Positions 57,016 through 64,000 of a stretch of 64,000 bases of DNA are shown in pieces. Where the stretch lies: contig JAHHHR010000012.1 in assembly GCA_019359245.1 (NCBI GenBank), positions 58,243-122,242 of the forward strand, read 5' to 3'. The stretch comes from Nostoc desertorum CM1-VF14. Its GTDB lineage: Bacteria; Cyanobacteriota; Cyanobacteriia; Cyanobacteriales; Nostocaceae. The translations under genes were made by a program, and so were the position numbers. Every line of letters starts with the position of its first letter. Positions within the stretch are counted from its first letter, which is position 1. Below the pieces are notes generated by a model. That model did not search any database. It saw only the letters and a list, made by a program, of their open reading frames with translations, and was not told the origin of the DNA.

Positions 57016-59193
57016 ATGCATATTTTAATAGCAGCTTTACATAGACCTATTCAACCAACTGGTATTTGCAGACATGCTGCTAATCTAGCCCACTGCTTAG
57101 CAGAAAATAAAGAAGTTACCAGAATCAGTTTAGTTATCGGATCTTGGCAACAGCATTATTTTAAAGCTGCTTTTTCTCTTGATTCTGAAAAAATTAAACT
57201 AATCATTGTCAACATCAAAAACAGTTCCGTTGTCAGGAATAGTTGGTTTCTCAGTGGCTTACCTCAATTAGCAAATAATCTCGGTTCAGATATTGTTCAT
57301 CTTTCCTTTCCTTTTCCTTTTTTTAGAGCTAGTTTTAACGCTTATGTAGTTACTACAATTCATGATTTATACCCCTACGAATGTCCTGAAAACTTTGGTT
57401 TTCCTCAAGCTTGGTTTAATCGTTTATTTTTTAAGCAATGCATTAGCAATAGCGATGGACTTGCTTGTGTATCTCAAGTTACATTAGAAAAACTAAAAGT
57501 TTATTTTCCTCATCTTGATCCACATAAAGAAATCGATGTGATTTATAATTATGTTGATTTTGAAAAGTTAGAACCTAAAATACCTCAACAACTACCGAAA
57601 AACAGTTCATTTTTATTGTCTGTTGCCCAGCATCGTCAAAATAAAAATTTAGATTTATTGATTAAAGCTTATTCTTGGTTATTAGATAACAAAAAATTAA
57701 ATCCAGATGCTAAGTTAGTGATTGTCGGTACTTCTGGGCCTGAAACTCAAAATATTAAGAATTTAATTAGCGATTTATCTTTAGAGACTAAAGTAGTTTT
57801 GCTAGCAGCCATCGATGATTCAGAATTATGCTGGCTATATCAAAATTGCCAAGCTTTTGTAATCCCATCCTCTACAGAAGGTTTTTGCTTGCCCCTAGCT
57901 GAAGCGTTGTATTGGAGTAATATAATTGTATGCTCTGACATACCAATTTTTAGAGAAATCGGTAGTTATAAATGTACTTATTTTTCTTTAGAAAATGATG
58001 CTGTTAATAATCTCGGTCAAGCCATTATTCAATCTATCAGTAGGTCTAGTTTATCAAGCTATACTAATGTATCTCGTTTTGAGAAGTCAAATATAGCCAA
58101 GCAGTATTTAAATTTATATTCTAGATTAAATCTAGAAGAAGAAACCCGATTTTTGAAAAATATACAAGAGACTGAAAAACTCACTAAGGTAAAATTTACT
58201 ATTACTACCTTAGATGAAAGAATTATCATACAAATTCCTGAGAAATTGAGCGTATTTGAAGCACTAAATTTAAAGCAGATTTGCCAAGAAATAACCCAAA
58301 GAGAGGCTATTTTCAAAGAAATAATTATTGACTTCTACCAAACAATTTTTATGGACAGTAGCGGTTTAGGAGCTTTGGTTAGTATTTGGAAAACTGCTCA
58401 AGCAAAGGGAATTATCGTGCTTTTCAAGAATGTTACACCCCAGGTTTGGTCAGTGTTAAGCCTGACAGGGCTAGATACAGTTTTTTCTATTAAATCTAGT
58501 TTTGAAACACATTTTATAGCAACAGATTATGCCTTGGATAAGGAGAGGGCTTTTCGCATGAACAAAGACCAGCTCCCAGCAACTCATCTTTCTGTAAAAT
58601 CTTGGATTAAAAGATTTATAGATGTTATTGGTGCTTTAGTTGGTTTAGTTATAATAGGAATTGTGTTTGTTCCGGTTGTAATTGCTATTCAAATCGATGA
58701 TCCTGGGCCTATTTTCTTTAGCCAAGTTCGTTGTGGTTGGATGGGTAAGAAGTTCAGAATTTGGAAGTTTCGCTCTATGTGTATAGATGCAGAAGCGAAA
58801 AAATCCCAAGTTAAAAATCAAGTACAGGGTGCTTTTTTTAAGAATGAACAAGACCCCAGGGTTACGAGAGTCGGTAAATTTATTCGGCGAACCAGTATTG
58901 ATGAACTGCCACAATTTTGGAATGTGTTGAAAGGAGATATGAGTTTAGTTGGGACGAGACCACCCACACCTGATGAAGTAGAACATTATGAAGTACCACA
59001 ATGGCAGCGTTTAGACATCAAACCAGGAATGACGGGAGAATGGCAAGTAAATGGTCGATCTAGAGTCCGTAGTTTTGAAGATGTAATTCGCATGGATTTG
59101 TTCTATCAACAGAACTGGAGTCTGATGTACGATTTGAAGTTGATTGTTAAAACTTTCGCCGTTCTGTTTACTAAAAATAGTGGCGCTTACTAA
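57016..59193 (+). CDS. Triple fusion: GT4 glycosyltransferase - STAS (SpoIIAA-like) domain - polyprenyl-phosphate sugar phosphotransferase (WbaP/EpsL-type bacterial sugar transferase)
   Basis: One continuous ORF; I prefer the ATG at 57016 to the TTG at 57010.
- GT4: VIPSSTEGFCLPLAEAL.
- STAS, nt about 58186-58500, with FMDSSGLGAL.
- TM helix plus sugar-transferase core, nt about 58602-59190: DDPGPIFFSQVRCG..GK.F.IWKFRSM, RVT.VG.F.R..S.DELPQ..NVL.G.MSLVG.RP, ending ..GAY. Confidence 0.85.
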   Translation: MHILIAALHRPIQPTGICRHAANLAHCLAENKEVTRISLVIGSWQQHYFKAAFSLDSEKIKLIIVNIKNSSVVRNSWFLSGLPQLANNLGSDIVHLSFPFPFFRASFNAYVVTTIHDLYPYECPENFGFPQAWFNRLFFKQCISNSDGLACVSQVTLEKLKVYFPHLDPHKEIDVIYNYVDFEKLEPKIPQQLPKNSSFLLSVAQHRQNKNLDLLIKAYSWLLDNKKLNPDAKLVIVGTSGPETQNIKNLISDLSLETKVVLLAAIDDSELCWLYQNCQAFVIPSSTEGFCLPLAEALYWSNIIVCSDIPIFREIGSYKCTYFSLENDAVNNLGQAIIQSISRSSLSSYTNVSRFEKSNIAKQYLNLYSRLNLEEETRFLKNIQETEKLTKVKFTITTLDERIIIQIPEKLSVFEALNLKQICQEITQREAIFKEIIIDFYQTIFMDSSGLGALVSIWKTAQAKGIIVLFKNVTPQVWSVLSLTGLDTVFSIKSSFETHFIATDYALDKERAFRMNKDQLPATHLSVKSWIKRFIDVIGALVGLVIIGIVFVPVVIAIQIDDPGPIFFSQVRCGWMGKKFRIWKFRSMCIDAEAKKSQVKNQVQGAFFKNEQDPRVTRVGKFIRRTSIDELPQFWNVLKGDMSLVGTRPPTPDEVEHYEVPQWQRLDIKPGMTGEWQVNGRSRVRSFEDVIRMDLFYQQNWSLMYDLKLIVKTFAVLFTKNSGAY

Positions 59194-59229
59194 GGCATTC
59201 TTCTGGCACTGTTGGGTGGAACGATTGTA

Positions 59230-59746
59230 CATACGCACTCGAAATTAGCTGCCACAGCCGATGAACATGGCGGTTTGATTTGGGCAATTGATGCCTTACA
59301 GCTAGAAGGTCACGGGAATTTGTTATATGTGTTATATAAAGTATTAAAAACTACAACTTTTATGTGATAAATACGGGACTAACTTATTGCACTGTTATGA
59401 TATTCCTGGCTTACTACTAGATAACCTGAAGATGGAAGCTATGTTTAAACATTTGCGTCGTCACCAGCGGCGAATTAGGGGATGCAAATCTACTGCCGAA
59501 TTACGTGATTTTGGGCAATATCAAGTCCTCTTTCTTGCTGAAAGCGAAAAACAGCTACTTGAGCAAATTCAGCAAGTACCTGTAGCTCAGTATAAAGTTC
59601 AACGTCGTAGATTAGCTTTGTCCGAACTCCTCGCCAACGCAAACATCGCCTTCACCATCAGCCAATTACCACAATACAAGCTTTGGTTAACTAACATACG
59701 GAACTTCTCTCTGTGCTTGATTCTCAAGCTCTCACATACCAATTAG
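59230..59746 (+). mobile_element. Degenerate transposase remnant (family uncertain, possibly ISKra4-like)
   Basis: The fragments ..HGGLIWAIDALQLEGHGNLLYVLYKVL.. and ..YDIPGLLLDNLKMEAMFKHLRRHQRRIRGCKSTAELRDFGQYQVLFLAESEKQLLEQI.. lie in different frames with stops. The pattern recalls cyanobacterial transposases; the family call is from memory only. Confidence 0.4.
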
Positions 59747-59750
59747 ATAG

Positions 59751-60491
59751 CTAGGGTTCGGAGTGCTTCGATCTAAAGTCAGCGATCGCGCTACTCCTCC
59801 CAATATTAACCAACTCCCCATCAACAACCGCAATCCCCCATTGCGGAAACTTCGCCAGCAATTTCTTGATCGCAATCTGCAACGCCGGATCATCCCAACA
59901 CTCCTGTTGAGGTCGCATATCTGACCTCGCTACAATCGCTTCATGCGACCATTTCTCAGCACTGGGGACAGGCGCGGCGGAACTTTTACCCTCATGATCT
60001 GCTTTGACTTCTACACCTGAAGCTGAATTTTCAGTCTTTAACGAAGTGGGGAGGGTTGCTTGTGCTTGGGCAAGTTCAAGCAAATCAGTTAAATTTTGAG
60101 CGACGGACGCGGCGGAATCAGTACCTTCATGACAGTCCCTCGAGTCAATACCACAATCTTGGTTTTCAGCCAACAAAGAAGCGGGATTACTTTGTGCAGC
60201 ATCCACAAGCATTAACGTCATGCAGTCCATTGCCACAGGCAAGTCAACTTCATTCTCTGACACGCTTACAACAATCTGAGGCGACGCGACCCCCAAGGGA
60301 GCGTGAGCCGTCTCTTCCTCACGCGAATTTCCTGTAAGCGTATCAGAGATACATCTCACAAACTCATCAAATGAGTTTGTGAGATGTTCCTGAGCAGTTC
60401 GTAAGGTTTCCTGAAACCCCTGCTCTGACTTATTTTGGACTAAAATAGATGCTTCATATAAAGCACGCATTCCTTCAGAGCCAGCATTCAT
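59751..60491 (-). CDS. Hypothetical acidic, low-complexity protein
   Basis: 246-aa ORF that looks more GC-rich than the flanking island genes. No family recognised. Confidence 0.45.
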   Translation of the reverse strand: MNAGSEGMRALYEASILVQNKSEQGFQETLRTAQEHLTNSFDEFVRCISDTLTGNSREEETAHAPLGVASPQIVVSVSENEVDLPVAMDCMTLMLVDAAQSNPASLLAENQDCGIDSRDCHEGTDSAASVAQNLTDLLELAQAQATLPTSLKTENSASGVEVKADHEGKSSAAPVPSAEKWSHEAIVARSDMRPQQECWDDPALQIAIKKLLAKFPQWGIAVVDGELVNIGRSSAIADFRSKHSEP

Positions 60492-61392
60492 CTCTCAATC
60501 TCCGGCATTTGGTTCTTGTTTTTCAGAATTGTTTTTCTCCCAAAATTCTTTCATTAGGTACCATGTAAATTCTTCACCATCCAGCTAGCTGTTTCTCGTC
60601 CATCCTCTATGGACGACCGATTGATGAATAGCTGAGGCACTGGCGCAACCAGAGAAGGCAAGGGGTACACAGCCGGGAAATGGATTTGCACTTAATAAGA
60701 AATTACCAGCAGGACGACGGACGGCAGTTGAAGCGTTTGAAGTCATACACGTTGCCTGATACGGTGTATCTTATGTTTCGGTAATACTCAAGTGCCACTG
60801 GCTTTGAGCCACAAATATATGGCTACGCCAAACCTTTTTGGGAGCGTTGTGCTAAACCACAACGTTGTTTGCACATATAACAAAGGCGATCGCCCTCGTC
60901 TGGTAAACAAAGCGATCGCCTTTTCCCCGATTAACCAACTTTCGATGCTTGGAGCGTCTTTTAGTCATACCCAGACCCCCTGAAAAATCAATGTCGTTTT
61001 GTCTGGTATTGCCTACTTTCACTCATAAGTTGGTATTTGAGTCCTGACTGTATTAATTAGTAACCATGTACTATGTTGGGTCTGCTTGTAGCCTTCTTCT
61101 GTTTGGTTAAAGCAGAATAGTAAAAACCTGAAACCTATAATTGGTAAGGGTTTTCAGCTTCTATTTCCGTTTTTGCAGCTAAAAAATAGATAAAGTTGTG
61201 CTAAAAAAGAATTTCCCAATGTAGGTAAAGTGAGCTTTTGATGACTAAAGAGACAGGATCAGGCATTTGGATATGTTAGTCTCAGCAACCTCAACTAGGG
61301 TCTGTCATCAATTAGCTAAGATTACTCAAGCATCTTTTATGACTTTTTAGAATCAAATAGCCCTCCGTTGAATCTTTAATTAAAGCAGACAT

Positions 61393-63528
61393 ATGAAAAC
61401 AAGTAAATCTCATCAAATAGAGTCAATTAATCAAAGTTACCAAAATTATGAAGCTGCGGAAGGCGGATTAAATTTAATTGATTTAAAAGACAACATTATC
61501 CGGCAGATTCATATCGTATTAGGAATAACTATTTGTATGTCTTCTTTAGCTTTTTTTAGCGCACTCAGGCGTACTCCTACTTATCAAGCTAGTTTTGAAA
61601 TACTGTCTGAGCGAGTAAGTATTGAAACAAAAGTTACTTCTTCTGTTTCACAATCCAAAGAAACCACAGAAGACATTGGGGCTGTCACTTTAGACGAAGT
61701 ACAAATAAAAAACTTAAAAAGTCCTGATATCATTACGCCTGTCGTTACAAAACTAAAATATAAGTATCCAGGAATTAATAATGACTCAATTACTAGCACA
61801 CTAACCTTAAAAGCTGATGAGAAAAAAGGCATTTTAGAAGTAGCTTACCAAAACAGCGATCGCCAACAAGTTAAAGATGTTTTAGAAGCGTTAACAAAAG
61901 CATATTTGAACTATAGTTTAAAAAGAAGACAGTCCGGAGTAAATCGAGGACTAGATTTTTTAAACCAGCAAATTCCCAGAATACAGACTAAGGTTAATAT
62001 ACTTAATTATAAAATCCAACAATTAAGAAAAAAATATAATATTATCAACCCACAAATTCAGGGTTCTCAAATATCTCAAAGGATAGATAGTTATATTATT
62101 AAGCAAGTTGAATATAAATCACAACTAGAAAAAACTCAAAAGCTAGCTGGTCTTGCTAAAAAAGAACTCAATGAGCGGTCTACTACATCAACTACAGCTA
62201 TGCTAATTGGTACTTCCCGATACAATGCATTATTGGAAGATATACAAAAAATAGATAGTGAAATTGCCAAAAAATCCGTCATTTTTTCAGATCAAAGCAT
62301 CCAAATTCAAAATTTACAAGAACAAAGACGATCCATAGTTTCTCTAATAAATCTAGAAATTGCCACTATCCAACAGAAAATTGACAATCAGATTAGGTTA
62401 GAAAAAGAACAGGTACAAGCTATTAATGAAGAAATAGCAAATATCCAACAAAATTTCCAAGAATGGTTAGAGGCTACAGGACAATACGAAAATATCGAAC
62501 GAGAAATGACAATCACAGTAAAACAGCTGAATGAACTTTTAATTCAAAGAGAAGCCCTACGACTGGAATCTGCTCAAAAAGAAGCTCCTTGGAAGTTACT
62601 TACTCTCGTAGGAGAACCCAACACAAATGCTGCTAGTATTGCTAATTATATAGTATTGGGTACCCTCTTAGGGTTGTTGATTGGTGTAGGAGCAGCATTG
62701 CTCTTAGAGAGCTACCAAAATCTAGTTTACAATCCTAATCAAATTCAAGAAATTACTAATCAACCAATTTTAGGAATTATTCCCTTTAACCGCTATTACA
62801 AAAAATTGTATTTTCTGAAAAAATTCAATTCAATTATTCCACCATATTCAAAAACAGAGAAGTCAAAGAATAAAGATTATCATAAAAACTTTACTTTCAA
62901 TAATATGCTCTTCCCACCTGTGGAAGCTTATGCTTTTTTAGGATCTAACTTGGGTTTGTTTGAAAAGGATAAAAATATTCATTCTTTGATTATTACTTCC
63001 ACGGTATCTGGTGAAGGAAAATCTACTGTAGCGCTTAATTTAGCTAAAGTAATAGCTGCGACAGGAATCAGAGTCTTAGTTGTTGATGTTGATGTGCGTA
63101 ATCCAGATAATTTAACTAGCGCTATGGCATTAAATTCAATCAAAGGTCTAAGTGATATTTTATCGTCTGATAGTTTAAGTACTGAGATAAATGTCAAGAA
63201 CGTTATTCAAAAATCTTTTTTAGGTGAGAATTTATTTATTTTGTCATCGAGAAATGCAAGTAGTGATGTTAATACTAGTTGCTTACTAGCTTCTTCTAAA
63301 ATGCGAGACTTGATGAAAGAATTACAACAGATATTTGAGTTAGTAATCTACGATGTTGCTTCTATTGTTGATTATGCCGATGTAAATTTGTTAGCTAATC
63401 ATGCTGATGGAGTAGTTTTGGTAACTGGTTTAGGTAAATTACCAGGTTTAAAGCTCAAAGAAGCTGTTTCTCAATTAAATATATCTAAAACACCTGTTTT
63501 GGGTGTAGTAATTAATAATTTGGTCTAA
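61393..63528 (+). CDS. Polysaccharide co-polymerase (Wzz/GumC/Wzc-like, PCP-2a architecture) with a C-terminal P-loop kinase-like domain
   Basis: 711 aa: TM1 (IVLGITICMSSLAFF), a long coiled-coil periplasmic region, TM2 (IVLGTLLGLLIGVGAALLL), then STVSGEGKST (Walker A), VLVVDVDVRNP (Walker A') and ELVIYDVAS. There is no C-terminal Tyr cluster. Confidence 0.85.
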   Translation: MKTSKSHQIESINQSYQNYEAAEGGLNLIDLKDNIIRQIHIVLGITICMSSLAFFSALRRTPTYQASFEILSERVSIETKVTSSVSQSKETTEDIGAVTLDEVQIKNLKSPDIITPVVTKLKYKYPGINNDSITSTLTLKADEKKGILEVAYQNSDRQQVKDVLEALTKAYLNYSLKRRQSGVNRGLDFLNQQIPRIQTKVNILNYKIQQLRKKYNIINPQIQGSQISQRIDSYIIKQVEYKSQLEKTQKLAGLAKKELNERSTTSTTAMLIGTSRYNALLEDIQKIDSEIAKKSVIFSDQSIQIQNLQEQRRSIVSLINLEIATIQQKIDNQIRLEKEQVQAINEEIANIQQNFQEWLEATGQYENIEREMTITVKQLNELLIQREALRLESAQKEAPWKLLTLVGEPNTNAASIANYIVLGTLLGLLIGVGAALLLESYQNLVYNPNQIQEITNQPILGIIPFNRYYKKLYFLKKFNSIIPPYSKTEKSKNKDYHKNFTFNNMLFPPVEAYAFLGSNLGLFEKDKNIHSLIITSTVSGEGKSTVALNLAKVIAATGIRVLVVDVDVRNPDNLTSAMALNSIKGLSDILSSDSLSTEINVKNVIQKSFLGENLFILSSRNASSDVNTSCLLASSKMRDLMKELQQIFELVIYDVASIVDYADVNLLANHADGVVLVTGLGKLPGLKLKEAVSQLNISKTPVLGVVINNLV

Positions 63529-64000
63529 TCTTCTTCCACCACTTTGGGGAGAGAAAAATAAATGTTTTATATTTTCATCTTGCGAGAGTGATTAAAGAAG
63601 GATAAGAGGTTATTTGAAAAGTCTAAATTCATAAACGTTAGATGTTGATACAAAACTTAATATTGATACTGATACTAAGCCTAAAAAGGTGAAATTAGTC
63701 AACAGAACATAATCTCCTCAAACCAGTTAACATAACTAATTTTCTGACACATACAAGACTGTAAATAACGTGAGTTCGACGGTTAGAAAACGGCAAAAAG
63801 CTTGCTAGATATGAAATATAAGAAACTGGGCAGGTGTTGGGTGCGATGGCTACGTCCGCCGCAGGCATCGCTGTTTTCACCAAAGAGAGCCATGTCTACT
63901 TTAAGGGGTTGCCATTGTTGGAAAGTTCAATGGAGCAGGCGATTGGCTGCGGCATTACTCCAAAGGCGATCGCTCTCTCTTGCCAGGGAAGTGGGTTCGC

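Noticed and set aside
60585-60983. Small ORFs: a 54-aa minus-strand ORF starting near 60747, and track ORF 60792..60983
   Set aside because: They have no ribosome-binding sites or family features, and they lie in the probable insertion scar.
63695-64000. Track ORF 63695..63883 (minus), and a possible C-terminal fragment of a minus-strand gene entering from the window end (stop at 63896-63898)
   Set aside because: The first overlaps repeat-like GGCTACG.. sequence and has no features. The second gives only 34 codons, too little to support a call.
1-64000. rRNA, tRNA, tmRNA or riboswitch candidates
   Set aside because: I scanned the intergenic regions by eye and found no cloverleaf-like or otherwise recognisable conserved RNA motifs. 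A covariance-model scan would be needed to exclude them.

Overview
The window looks like chromosomal DNA from a filamentous, Nostocales-like cyanobacterium. This is inferred from many HIP1 octamers (GCGATCGC), heptamer tandem repeats (AATTACG, TTTTTAA) and hairpin-ended MITE-like repeats; no database was searched.

Layout:
(1) 1-10.6 kb, sugar-acid locus. It holds two tandem periplasmic sugar-binding lipoproteins (the first is cut by the window edge and missing from the ORF track), myo-inositol oxygenase, gluconokinase, a LacI regulator with three matching TGCACACGTGTGCA-type palindromes, glucuronate isomerase, an SDR reductase and a LarA-family (nickel-pincer) racemase/epimerase. I propose these form an unusual route: myo-inositol -> glucuronate -> fructuronate -> mannonate -> gluconate -> 6-P-gluconate.
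(2) 10.7-17.5 kb, housekeeping or miscellaneous genes: Uma2 nuclease, FUSC membrane protein, rimM, an AvtA-like aminotransferase and a class III alcohol dehydrogenase.
(3) 17.5-22.4 kb, copper module. Three near-identical MerR-type long-spacer promoters drive a Cu(I) P1B ATPase (plus an unlisted 26-codon membrane ORF and a cupredoxin-domain protein), the MerR regulator itself, and a 20-codon Atx1/CopZ-like remnant followed by a His-rich lipoprotein.
(4) 22.5-25.2 kb: a nucleotidyltransferase-domain protein and a GAF hybrid histidine kinase.
(5) 25.4-63.5 kb, a polysaccharide (EPS/O-antigen-like) island of about 38 kb. It is punctuated by IS remnants and bracketed by inverted, diverged copies of part of a beta-helix gene. 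It encodes GT2/GT4 transferases, a Wzy-like polymerase, an MsbA/PglK-type ABC exporter, a DegT aminotransferase, two membrane acyltransferases, a GMC oxidoreductase and several orphan proteins.

The island also has four unusual proteins:
- A 1831-aa protein (DUF4347, 3x NPCBM, Calx-beta, and a 7-repeat FG-GAP block inserted into a PQQ-type sugar-dehydrogenase-like domain).
- A WecB/TagA/CpsF transferase fused to four MshEN-like (c-di-GMP receptor type) repeats.
- A GT4-STAS-phosphoglycosyltransferase triple fusion.
- A Wzc-like co-polymerase with an atypical kinase module.

No rRNA, tRNA or CRISPR array was recognised. All family assignments rest on motifs read by eye and recalled from memory.
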